Assembly: GCA_000708835.1 (NCBI GenBank)
Contig: DF237661.1
Span: 14,637 to 47,014 of the forward strand
Direction of reading: 5' to 3'
Length of the DNA stretch: 32,378 nt
Origin: Klebsormidium nitens
Lineage: Eukaryota; Plantae; Klebsormidiophyceae
Shown here: one piece after another, positions 1 to 8,894 of the stretch
How the letters are laid out: each line of letters begins with the position of its first letter
Position numbering within the stretch: the first letter of the stretch is position 1
The notes under the pieces: generated by a model
Seen by the model: only the letters and a program-made list of their open reading frames with translations
Databases searched by the model: none
Told to the model about the DNA's origin: nothing
Made by a program: the position numbers and the translations under genes

Positions 1-3000
1 TTATCCACCAATCACCAGCGCTGGTCAGTTCCTGGTCAGTCACAGAGGAAAGCTGACAGCTACGACGAGATTGTGGAAGGTCGCCTTCACGTTCTGTGGA
101 TCTTTGGAAGAAACATAAAGGGACAGTCGGTTGCTGTCAAAGCTCCTTGTCCAGCATTTCTGTATGTTGATGCTCCAAAGAACTGGTCTCAGAAAGAGGA
201 GAAGATAGTGGGGCAAGAGCTGTACAGGTGTGTCGCACATGAGTACCCTGGCAGCCTCCTCAGCTGCACACACGTGAGACGCAAGCGGTTTTTTGGCTAC
301 CAAGGAGACCAGGACTTTGACTTCTACAAACTCACCTTTGTCTCGACTGACGCGTTGAGGATGTGCTCCAACGTGCTGAGGAAGCGCGCCCTCAACTTCA
401 AAACCAAGGGCATCACCCACACTTTCACGGTGTACGAGTCGAACGTGGACCCAATCATCCGGTTCCTCCACGAACACGGGCTCGAGTCGTCGGGATGGAT
501 GAGGGCTGTCGGTGTTGAACCTGTTGACAAGTCCAAGAAGGAGACCACGTGCGCCCTCGAGTACCATTGCAGCAGTGGCGACCAGATCACTCCACACTCT
601 ACCAATAACGTGGCCCCATTTGTTCAGGTGGGTACTGTTGGACTCTCAAATGATCNNNNNNNNNNNNNNNNNNNNNNNNNNNNNNNNNNNNNNNNNNNNN
701 NNNNNNNNNNNNNNNNNNNNNNNNNNNNNNNNNNNNNNNNNNNNNNNNNNNNNNNNNNNNNNNNNNNNNNNNNNNNNNNNNNNNNNNNNNNNNNNNNNNN
801 NNNNNNNNNNNNNNNNNNNNNNNNNNNNNNNNNNNNNNNNNNNNNNNNNNNNNNNNNNNNNNNNNNNNNNNNNNNNNNNNNNNNNNNNNNNNNNNNNNNN
901 NNNNNNNNNNNNNNNNNNNNNNNNNNNNNNNNNNNNNNNNNNNNNNNNNNNNNNNNNNNNNNNNNNNNNNNNNNNNNNNNNNNNNNNNNNNNNNNNNNNN
1001 NNNNNNNNNNNNNNNNNNNNNNNNNNNNNNNNNNNNNNNNNNNNNNNNNNNNNNNNNNNNNNNNNNNNNNNNNNNNNNNNNNNNNNNNNNNNNNNNNNNN
1101 NNNNNNNNNNNNNNNNNNNNNNNNNNNNNNNNNNNNNNNNNNNNNNNNNNNNNNNNNNNNNNNNNNNNNNNNNNNNNNNNNNNNNNNNNNNNNNNNNNNN
1201 NNNNNNNNNNNNNNNNNNNNNNNNNNNNNNNNNNNNNNNNNNNNNNNNNNNNNNNNNNNNNNNNNNNNNNNNNNNNNNNNNNNNNNNNNNNNNNNNNNNN
1301 NNNNNNNNNNNNNNNNNNNNNNNNNNNNNNNNGCTAACAAAATCTCTGCTACCACTAAGTAATGGTTGGGCCTCTGACCTCAATCCTAGACAGCCCCAAT
1401 GGCTGCTTCATCCGCTGGATGCTGACAGCCGCTTGCACGTTCATCACGTCCATCTTCATCTGGCTGTCTTACCGGGGCATGCAACAGATATCTGACAGGG
1501 GCGGCGTACGCCTGACCAGTACAGAAAAGTCAACAAGAAACTTCCTCTTCTTACTCTTGTTTGCTCTAGCCGCATACCTGTTCTTCTCGATGTACAAGGC
1601 TGTAGACTGCTACCTCTGATTGCAGGTCAGCTTCGACATCGAGTGCGCTTCGGCTGACGATGGCTTCCCGGACGCCCTCCGAGAAGGCTGCGAGGTCATC
1701 CAGATTGGATCTACCGTTCAGATCCTCGGCCAGCCCGAGCCCGTCCTCAAGCACATCGTCACTTTGAAGGAGTGTCGGCCGATCCTGGGCGTTGAGGTGG
1801 AGAGCTTTGACACGGAGCGGGAGGTCCTCGAAGCCTTCATCAGGCTCTTGCGCAGGGTAGACGCCGACATCCTGCTCGGCTGGAACACCTTCCAGTTCGA
1901 CATGGACTACATCTTCAAGCGGGCCGCGAGGTGCAAGATCAGGCCGTTGATACTTGGAAAGCTCGTGGCCGAGGAGAGTACCTCCAAAGAGATGACCCTC
2001 CAGTCTGCAGCATTTGGGAGCAACGCATACAACCTGGTGACGACGCCCGGGGTCCTCCACCTGGACATCATGGAGGCTGTCAAGCGCGAGCACAAGGTGA
2101 GCTACCATTCTGGACAATCCTTTGACCTTTGCCTGAGTGAAGAGGCAGGACACGAGGACAAAGAAGCCACATGACGTCACTTCTTCCATTGCAGCTTCCC
2201 AGCTACAGCCTGAAGGAGGTCTCCAAGACGATGCTGCCTGAGTCGGGCGCAAGCAACCAGAAGGTCGACCTACCCCCAAAGGAGATCTTCCGGCTCTTTC
2301 GGGAAGGCAGCTCTGCAGGCATCACTCAGATCGCAGAGTACTGCGTGCAAGACACCGCGCTACCCCTGAAGATTGCAAACAAGCTCTGCACGGTGGGGAA
2401 CGCCATCGAGATGGCCAAGTGCAGCTGCGTCCCGGTCGACTACCTGCTCAAACGGGGCATGCAGATCAAGGTCTTCTCCCTCATCCTAAAGTACACCATG
2501 GCGCTCGGCTACGTCATCCCTGTGATGCCACGAGAGAACGGTGCTAAGAGGTCAGCAGGTGACAAGAGCGACAAGTACGAGGGGGCCACCGTTTTGGACG
2601 CGAAGACCGACGTGTATATGCGGTGCATCGTCACGCTCGACTTTGCCTCCCTTTACCCCAGGTGAGAAATGCTGCAAAGCAACTGAAGGCTTGTTTGAGG
2701 CATCTGTTGGATCCATTCAAAAACCGCATGATACTGTAAACAACGGTGAGCTTCCGCATATACACGGATGGAGACGAACTTTGAAAAGTATTTCAAAATT
2801 CGGGACCCCTTCTTTTTTGCTATAGGAGGGGGGTATGAAACGCCTGCTCATCCGCGCATCTGCGCGAGCCTCAGGCCGTGTGTATTTCAGATACATGCAA
2901 CTTGCAATTACTCGTGCAGCATCATCCGCGCCCACAACATGTCGTACGACACCCTCGTCATGGACCCCCGGTACCTCAACATCCCAGGAGTGGAGTATGC

Positions 3001-5497
3001 CAAGTTCGAATGGCAGGAACCTTCGGGGCCGAAGACAGCGTACTTTGTGCAGAGCCGTGAGGGAGTGCTTTCAAAGCTCCTGAGCGACTTGGCCGTGTGG
3101 CGGAAGGACGCCAAAGGGGTCATGGCTGCCGCTGAAAGGCAGGGGGACAGGGCTCTCGAGGCGATCATGAACGGGTGAGTCCTTGCCAAAGTTGTTCAGA
3201 ATTACTGCGCTCTCCTCTGCCATATCTTGCAGCATGTTCCTGCATGGCAACGCGATGATCCAAACCACAAATTTCTTCTTTTGCTCAATGGCAGGAAACA
3301 GCTGGCCTACAAGATCATGATGAACTCGGTGTACGGGTTCTGTGGCGCGACGAGGGGCATGCTACCATGCGTAGAGATTGCTGCAGCCGTCACGTCCACG
3401 GGCCGGCACATGATCGATCACTCCAAGCAGATGGTGGAGACGCGCTACCCGGGCAGCCAGGTCGTCTACGGAGTGAGCGTAAAAGAGGCACCTCCGGGAA
3501 TGTTCAGCTGTCTGGGATCTTGAAGGTTGAGTATGTGACATCCTGTCAACTTGACGGTCTATCAGCTGACGTTCTGTCATTTGAGATTGTCAACTGACAA
3601 TATCTTCTGTTTCCAGGATACGGACTCCATCTTCGTGTCCTTCAAGGACGACCTGCGCGACATGCACGAGGCGTTCAGGCTGGGGAACGAGGCCTCGGAG
3701 CTCATCACGAAGACGTTCAAGCGGCCGAACAAGCTGGAATTCGAAAAGGTCTACTGCCCGCTGCTGCTGATTGGGAAGAAGAGGTACTCTCAATCACTTT
3801 CTCGTCTTCCGTGTCTTTGTGCTCGTTCTCTCCTTGCGAACGGACGACTTTCGGATGGCCTTCCCTTTATGCACGGCGCACTTGACGCTGCCTTCAATGG
3901 CCGTCAGCTTGCACCTCCTTGGTGGATCGGTGGCCTTGCTGCTGCTCACAAGGTGGTTGCACTGCCTTGGCATCTTCCGTGCAACCACCTTAGAAAGTTG
4001 CATCATGCTCTCGCACGAACAGGTACACGGGGCTCAAGTACGAGAAGGACCCGACCAAGCCCAAGGGAATCGACACAAAGGGCCTGCAGCTGGTGAGACG
4101 AGACAGCGTGCCCCTTGTCCGGGAGGTTTCGAACGCGATCCTCGACTCCATCCTGTACAAGTGGGACGTCATGGGCGCCCGCGTCCAGGCTCGCAAGGTG
4201 GTCAAGGACCTCCTCGAGGGCAGGATCCCGATCGAGAAGCTGACGCTGACGAAAGCGCTCAGGACTGGCTACAAGAACCTCGACCTACCCCACCTGGCGG
4301 TGGCGCGCAAGCTGGAGATGCGGGACCCTGGCTCCGGGCCAAAGCCTGGTGACAGAGTCCCGTACGTTCTGATCGACACGGGGAACTCTAAGGACAAGCA
4401 ATCTGAGAAGGCTGAAGACCCGGCCTACGCTGTCAGGATGGGGCTACCCTTGGACTTTGAATACTACATGGTAAGGGGTCAGGTTTACACTGCACTGATT
4501 ACGCTAGTTTCCACCTCAGCGCACCCCTTGTTCCCTTCTTTGTTGCATAGTGATGCTTCTCCCAGAACCGCCCGCCAGGGGACTGCCATCTAGCACCAGA
4601 AAACGCATAGGGATGCTGACCACGGACCGCGGTCAAGTAGTTGGGGAACTTTGCTGGCCGCTTGGGTCGCTTTTGGCCTTTAACCAGCTTCCAAACACCG
4701 GTCTTTGGGTTCTGTGCATAACGTCTCCCACCTGCACTAGTCCCAGCTGCTACGTTCAGACGTGCTAGAAGCTCTTGCTGTCTCTTGGATGGCACCCGTG
4801 CCTTTGCCGGTCGGCTCCTTGATGGTTCGCCAGAGGCCAGCCTCCACCTCAGCGCACCCTTTGCACCTGTTCTTGTTGGATAGTGATGCTTCTGGTATGC
4901 CCTGCCACCGGGCGACTGCCAAGTGGCTCCAGAGAACGCATAGGGATACTGTCCCCGAACCTGGGTCAAGTAGCCAGGGAACTTTGATGTTCTCTTGGTG
5001 GCAGTGCGTGCGGTGACAGGCACGACAATCGCGGGGGTGACATGGACCGCAGTGGGGACTCGGTTTGCAGAGCCGTGCTTGCCTGTCAAGTATATCGCCT
5101 CTGATGTGCGTTTCCACTTCAGACCACTCTTCCCTTTTACCGCAATCACGTAGAAAGGGTCACCGTGCTTGTCCGTTCCCCGACGCACCTCGTTGAAAAA
5201 CTGGGGACGTGGCAGAGTCATTGTTCCAGATAACCTAGACAAAGAAAGAAATCCCGGCACCCCTCGCAGGAGCACCAGTTGAAGACGCCCCTCGTGACCC
5301 TCCTGGGACTCTTTGTCAAGAGCGGCAACCCGGCCGAGCAGCTGTACGGGGACCTGATGCGGGCCTTCAAGAATGGGAAGAAGAAGCAGAGGATGATCGA
5401 TTCAATGTTTAAAAAGCAGGCGCCTGCCCCGAACGCGGCCTCCAAGTGGAAGGAGATGCTACAGGCCAACAATGAGCACCTAGGTAGAGGAACATAG
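1..5497 (+). CDS. polB: Family B DNA polymerase, 8 exons, 5' end uncertain or outside window
   Basis: Exons <=73-627, 1626-2096, 2195-2661, 2920-3174, 3295-3472, 3617-3783, 4023-4470, 5270-5497. Splicing restores VAPFVQ|VSFDIEC (ExoI), REHK|LPSYSL, DFASLYPS|IIRAHN (region II), NG|KQLAYKIMMNSVYG (region III), YG|DTDS (region I), KKR|YTGLKY..KGLQLVRRD and EYYM|EHQLKTPL. About 920 aa counting from position 73. Confidence 0.96.
628..1625 (+). other. polB intron 1 (GT-AG, phase 0); contains an N gap and a nested sense ORF
   Basis: cag|GTGGGT ... ctgatTGCAG|gtc; the join gives APFVQVSFDIEC. Confidence 0.88.
1362..1619 (+). CDS. 85-aa two-TM membrane protein nested in polB intron 1
   Basis: ATG-initiated ORF with two hydrophobic helices (WMLTAACTFITSIFIWLSY; FLFLLLFALAAYLFFSMY). 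The stop lies 6 nt before the acceptor. Confidence 0.65.
   Translation: MVGPLTSILDSPNGCFIRWMLTAACTFITSIFIWLSYRGMQQISDRGGVRLTSTEKSTRNFLFLLLFALAAYLFFSMYKAVDCYL
2097..2194 (+). other. polB intron 2 (98 nt, phase 0)
   Basis: aag|GTGAGC ... cttccattGCAG|ctt; restores EHKLPSYSL. Confidence 0.92.
2662..2919 (+). other. polB intron 3 (258 nt, phase 2)
   Basis: cccag|GTGAGA ... cgtGCAG|c; restores SLYPSIIRAHN. Confidence 0.93.
3175..3294 (+). other. polB intron 4 (120 nt, phase 2)
   Basis: aacgg|GTGAGT ... tttcttcttttgctcaatgGCAG|g; restores NGKQLAYK. Confidence 0.9.
3473..3616 (+). other. polB intron 5 (144 nt, phase 0), splits the catalytic YGDTDS motif
   Basis: gga|GTGAGC ... ctgac..tcttctgtttcCAG|gat. 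Confidence 0.95.
3784..4022 (+). other. polB intron 6 (239 nt, phase 2) with nested antisense ORF
   Basis: aagag|GTACTC ... gaaCAG|gtac; restores KKRYTGLKYEKDP. Confidence 0.92.
3794..4006 (-). CDS. 70-aa basic C3H zinc-finger-like microprotein nested antisense in polB intron 6
   Basis: QC-x15-C-x9-C-x2-H (QCNHLVSSSKATDPPRRCKLTAIEGSVKCAVH) followed by a K/R-rich tail. The ORF fills 213 of 239 intron nt. Confidence 0.55.
   Translation of the reverse strand: MMQLSKVVARKMPRQCNHLVSSSKATDPPRRCKLTAIEGSVKCAVHKGKAIRKSSVRKERTSTKTRKTRK
4471..5269 (+). other. polB intron 7 (799 nt, phase 0) with nested antisense gene
   Basis: atg|GTAAGG ... ccctcGCAG|gag; restores FEYYMEHQLKTPL. Confidence 0.92.
4499..5221 (-). 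CDS. 240-aa basic, internally repeated protein nested antisense in polB intron 7
   Basis: Starts MTLPRPQ. Two ~50-aa repeats (KFPxYLTxVRGQxPYAFSGAxWQSPGGR...GALRWxLA) with much third-position divergence. TGTAA lies 9 nt after the stop. Confidence 0.85.
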   Translation of the reverse strand: MTLPRPQFFNEVRRGTDKHGDPFYVIAVKGKSGLKWKRTSEAIYLTGKHGSANRVPTAVHVTPAIVVPVTARTATKRTSKFPGYLTQVRGQYPYAFSGATWQSPGGRAYQKHHYPTRTGAKGALRWRLASGEPSRSRPAKARVPSKRQQELLARLNVAAGTSAGGRRYAQNPKTGVWKLVKGQKRPKRPAKFPNYLTAVRGQHPYAFSGARWQSPGGRFWEKHHYATKKGTRGALRWKLA

Positions 5498-5511
5498 GAG
5501 GGTGGGTGCAC

Positions 5512-6420
5512 CTAAGCAACACGCCATGTACAGGCTTTTGGATCTAGCTTGAAGTTCACCACACCTGATACTGGCCGTTTCTTATTGTCGAGCCACGTCG
5601 TCCTGCAGCTTGTGGCTCCCTGGGCCACTGTATTCGCTGCAACCGCAGTCTTGTACTTTTTCTGAACCATGCCGAGAACAGTAGGCGCGCTGCAATCGAC
5701 CGCCGATAGTGTGCATGCATTGGGAGTTGGTGCAACGGGCGCCCGGGGNNNNNNNNNNNNNNNNNNNNNNNNNNNNNNNNNNNNNNNNNNNNNNNNNNNN
5801 NNNNNNNNNNNNNNNNNNNNNNNNNNNNNNNNNNNNNNNNNNNNNNNNNNNNNNNNNNNNNNNNNNNNNNNNNNNNNNNNNNNNNNNNNNNNNNNNNNNN
5901 NNNNNNNNNNNNNNNNNNNNNNNNNNNNNNNNNNNNNNNNNNNNNNNNNNNNNNNNNNNNNNNNNNNNNNNNNNNNNNNNNNNNNNNNNNNNNNNNNNNN
6001 NNNNNNNNNNNNNNNNGGCGGCTTGGGCGCCTTGGGTGGAGCCGGCGGCTTGGGCGCCTTGGGGGGCTTTGGCGCCTTGGGCGCCTTTGGCGCCTTGGGA
6101 GGAGCGGGCGGTTTGGGCGCTTTGGGAGGCTTTGGCGCCTTGGGGGGCTTTGGCGCCTTGGGGGGCTTAGGGGATTTGGGCGCTTTTGGTGGTTTGGGAG
6201 CTTTTGGGGGCTTGGGTTCGCTACTGGCCTTCTTAACACACGCCTTGTACTTGAACGGGTTTTTTAAGCATGTCACTCGGGCCATCATGCCCTTGAAGAA
6301 CTTCTTTATGCGTGCCCAAAACCACCAAAGCAGAACGACAATCAGCACAACTGGTATGACGATGGGAAGGAAGGGTGCAACAAAGGAGAATAGCATGGAT
6401 ATCATGTAGAACACAATCAT
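5512..6420 (-). CDS. Membrane-anchored Pro/Lys/Ala-repeat protein (putative virion or surface protein); spans a gap
   Basis: N-terminal hydrophobic helix, long PKAPKP repeats and a Cys-containing C-terminal domain. Pro-Ala-Pro-Lys-type repeats are typical of chlorovirus surface proteins. Confidence 0.75.
   Translation of the reverse strand: MIVFYMISMLFSFVAPFLPIVIPVVLIVVLLWWFWARIKKFFKGMMARVTCLKNPFKYKACVKKASSEPKPPKAPKPPKAPKSPKPPKAPKPPKAPKPPKAPKPPAPPKAPKAPKAPKPPKAPKPPAPPKAPKPXXXXXXXXXXXXXXXXXXXXXXXXXXXXXXXXXXXXXXXXXXXXXXXXXXXXXXXXXXXXXXXXXXXXXXXXXXXXXXXXXXXXXXXXXXPRAPVAPTPNACTLSAVDCSAPTVLGMVQKKYKTAVAANTVAQGATSCRTTWLDNKKRPVSGVVNFKLDPKACTWRVA
6017..6216 (-). repeat. 9/18-bp coding tandem repeat (PKA/PKP)
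   Basis: Repeated ggcgccttgg/ggggcttt units that run into the N gap. Confidence 0.9.
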
Positions 6421-6452
6421 TGCTCTCTAGTATCTCACTGAAAATACATACA

Positions 6453-6458
6453 CTTAGG
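6453..6458 (+). promoter_or_regulatory. CTTAGG candidate promoter motif
   Basis: 32 nt before ATG 6491; also centred between the divergent starts at 6420 and 6491. Confidence 0.55.
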
Positions 6459-6490
6459 GCTCTCTGGCAGCCTTCCAAGCTTTCATCATA

Positions 6491-6847
6491 ATGGACCGCA
6501 CCCGAGCTGCTGAGTGCCTCATGTCGATCGTCATGCTGTGTGCTGCACTGAACGCGCTTGGCGATGTTACTAAAGAGTCCAACGAGCGTATGCTAGCACT
6601 CTTGTCGGCGCAGGCCGGCACCCTGGTACTCCTGACCTTTGCCTTTGGTGCTGGCCACAACCGAGGCGGTGCAAGGAGCCCGTGGGCTTTTGTCGTCCTC
6701 CTCGCATCGATGGCGATCATGCAACTCCGTCTAGCGCTCACTACAGGGCATGCTGCATCCGTGCACTTTGCTTTCTACTACTCTTGGGCCTTTCTTGCAG
6801 CCAGGCTCTTGTTGATGACGATCGACGTGCATGTCCGCCAGGCTTAG
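6491..6847 (+). CDS. 118-aa multi-pass membrane protein
   Basis: About four hydrophobic segments; CTTAGG motif upstream. Confidence 0.7.
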   Translation: MDRTRAAECLMSIVMLCAALNALGDVTKESNERMLALLSAQAGTLVLLTFAFGAGHNRGGARSPWAFVVLLASMAIMQLRLALTTGHAASVHFAFYYSWAFLAARLLLMTIDVHVRQA

Positions 6848-6848
6848 G
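6843..6848 (+). promoter_or_regulatory. CTTAGG candidate promoter motif
   Basis: 43 nt before ATG 6892; overlaps the TAG stop of the previous gene. Confidence 0.45.
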
Positions 6849-6891
6849 GCCAACGCGTGCAGTGAGTTGACAACAATTCTCGGTCCCAAGT

Positions 6892-7908
6892 ATGGCTGCC
6901 GCCCACTCCACCGCCGAACCATGCATCCCAATGAAGCCCGTGGCTTCCCTCGACCGTCGCGAGACCCTGAAACTGCAAGCAATGGAGGGCGTTGTCCGAA
7001 AGTGTCACTGCTTTGATGGGGCCTTTGTCTTTGGTGGGTTCGTCAGGGACTACATCGTCAACCAAGTCCTCCCAAATGACGTTGACCTGAGCTTTAAGAA
7101 CGTCGGGGACATCACGACCTTTCTCCGAATCCTCAGCGAGCTTTACGAGATTGATCAGGTCGAGAAGCACGCCGGGTACGGATGGGGGATGCGGCGCTTC
7201 GAGACTTGGAAGGCCCGTGTGGGAGCTTATGGGGCAGACGGGGGCGTTGTTTACTTCACGGTTGACCTGGTGTCTGGCGCGAAGGAGGATATGGCGTCTA
7301 GCTTGTGCGACTTCACGTGCAACATGCTCTCCCTGTCCCGTACCGGCATCGAGCTCGTATCCGTCCCCCCCAGCCTGCACCTCCGCTCCTCCCCGATACA
7401 AGACGTGCTCTCTGGCATAAACGCCCGGGAATTCTCGGTGGTGGAAGGCAAGGTGACGCTGCTCCAGTCAGAGGTTGGGCCTTACGCTGCAAAAGTTTGC
7501 AGACGCGCCAGCGTGATGGTCCGCAGGGGCTGGCATATGACGAGAGGGAAGACTTTTCAAGCTTTCCTTGTCGAGGGTCCTGAGGCCCGCGCAGAGTGCT
7601 CGATCTGCACCTCTGAGTTTGAGAGTGGTGAGGTTGCAATCCAGACCATATGCCACCACCATTTCCATGCAACGTGCATCTCAAAGTGGTTGCTCGAGGG
7701 CCGCAGCACCGTCACCTGCCCGGTGTGCCGAGAGGAGCACTTTATGATGCCAGCCGCATCCATCGCTTTGACCAAGCCAGCCAAGCCCGCAGAGGCAGAC
7801 GAGGCTGACACGGACGAGGACGAGGACGACTCAGATTACGACCCCGAGGATGACGAGAACAACGTGTCTGTGCTGACCATCGAAGTTCCTAGACCCCGAC
7901 GTCGGTAG
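6892..7908 (+). CDS. Class II nucleotidyltransferase-like domain fused to a RING-H2 finger and acidic tail
   Basis: FVFGGFVRDY..PNDVDL and DFTCN (CCA/poly(A) polymerase head motifs); CSIC..CHHHFHATCISKW..CPVCR (RING-H2). Confidence 0.8.
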   Translation: MAAAHSTAEPCIPMKPVASLDRRETLKLQAMEGVVRKCHCFDGAFVFGGFVRDYIVNQVLPNDVDLSFKNVGDITTFLRILSELYEIDQVEKHAGYGWGMRRFETWKARVGAYGADGGVVYFTVDLVSGAKEDMASSLCDFTCNMLSLSRTGIELVSVPPSLHLRSSPIQDVLSGINAREFSVVEGKVTLLQSEVGPYAAKVCRRASVMVRRGWHMTRGKTFQAFLVEGPEARAECSICTSEFESGEVAIQTICHHHFHATCISKWLLEGRSTVTCPVCREEHFMMPAASIALTKPAKPAEADEADTDEDEDDSDYDPEDDENNVSVLTIEVPRPRRR

Positions 7909-7938
7909 TGATGCGTCCTTCTTGTACAGCACTTTTCT

Positions 7939-8346
7939 ATGCTTGTTGTAACTAACATGGATTATCGTACGATCCTAATTCAGCTTGCAGCTTTGGTCCT
8001 GCTTTACGTGCTCTTGCACAAGGACAACATGGACATCCTACACGCGTGCATGGCCAGGAAGGAGAATGATGCACATGACCATGCACACACAAGTAACGAT
8101 GATATGACAGAAGAAGACAGGGTGATAGCAGATGCCATATTTGGATCTATCGCGGCACCACTGTTCAGCGCAAAGGTCGGTGGCCAGCAATTTAAACCCC
8201 AAAAGTCTGCCCGTGTCGAAGAGGTTCCAGAGCAGCCAGCCGAGCAAAAGCCCTCAGTGGCAGACAGCCCAGTTGCATCCCAGACGAGCACTGTCCGACG
8301 CCGTACTCCCAAGAAGGCAGTCACCGCCGACGTCCCTGATACGTGA
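7939..8346 (+). CDS. Hypothetical protein with N-terminal hydrophobic anchor
   Basis: 135-aa ORF that fills the space between neighbouring genes. Confidence 0.65.
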   Translation: MLVVTNMDYRTILIQLAALVLLYVLLHKDNMDILHACMARKENDAHDHAHTSNDDMTEEDRVIADAIFGSIAAPLFSAKVGGQQFKPQKSARVEEVPEQPAEQKPSVADSPVASQTSTVRRRTPKKAVTADVPDT

Positions 8347-8380
8347 GCAAATAGCTCGCATCCTACTAAGTAAACTGGGG

Positions 8381-8842
8381 ATGAGCCTGATGCGTGACCT
8401 CAGATTGATCCACGAACGACAAAAGAAACGGCTCCGTATTCTCTACGACTCCATTCTAAGGGACTGCACTACAAAGATACGGCATGCTGCGGAGTTGAAA
8501 AAGCTGAAGATCCTGTACGAGCTCCCCCTGATCCAGGAGGGTCTGCCCCTCTATGATGTGGCATCCTGCAAGCGCTACCTGGTGAAGGCGCTGGCGGCCC
8601 AAGGGTTTGACTGCTCGGACGCTGGCGGGACGAGATTCATCACGATCAGCTGGAAGAATGCTATAACACAGAAGCAAAAGGTCAGCCACGTCGAGAGGGG
8701 CCAACAGGCCGCAGATCCAGGGAAAGCAAAGGTGCAGAAAGAGGAGGCCCCGCCTCTTCCCCCGATCCTCGGGAAGGACGACCTGTTCGCCCTGCCATCA
8801 ATCAAGGGCCTGCAGGCAACCGCAAAGATGCTACGAAAGTGA
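8381..8842 (+). CDS. Conserved NCLDV protein (DUF5759-like)
   Basis: LYDSILRDCTTKIR..YELPLIQEGLPLYD..C.RYL..L..QGF....FITISW pattern, recalled from memory. Start taken at MSLMRDL. Confidence 0.7.
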   Translation: MSLMRDLRLIHERQKKRLRILYDSILRDCTTKIRHAAELKKLKILYELPLIQEGLPLYDVASCKRYLVKALAAQGFDCSDAGGTRFITISWKNAITQKQKVSHVERGQQAADPGKAKVQKEEAPPLPPILGKDDLFALPSIKGLQATAKMLRK

Positions 8843-8894
8843 TCACGTGCGTCCGACCCATCCGCACCCCTTTCCGTGCTTATGCCAGAAGATC

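Noticed and set aside
40-597. 185-aa minus-strand ORF and many similar antisense or alternate-frame ORFs over GC-rich genes (e.g. 1566-2279, 9092-9811, 12374-12973, 13446-14141, 26349-27137)
   Set aside because: Shadow ORFs of well-supported genes; expected when high GC3 makes stop codons rare on the opposite strand.
73-1362. Track ORF running through the gap as a single 429-aa protein
   Set aside because: Artefact of N translation; the polB frame leaves at the donor at 628.
3227-3294. Intron 4 3' end reads DDPNHKFLLLLNG, resembling the preceding exon end (AIMNG), plus an alternative acceptor at 3232
   Set aside because: The 3232 acceptor is out of frame. The resemblance is short and explained by the pyrimidine tract, so it is insufficient evidence for a duplication origin.
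1626-5497. Possible intein or group I/II intron in polB
   Set aside because: All interruptions have GT-AG ends with stops or frame changes; no intein C/S...HN ends, LAGLIDADG or RT motifs were seen.
5511-5516. CTTAGG on the minus strand at the end of the Pro-rich gene
   Set aside because: No ATG about 30-45 nt downstream; counted as an exception, probably just the stop-codon context.
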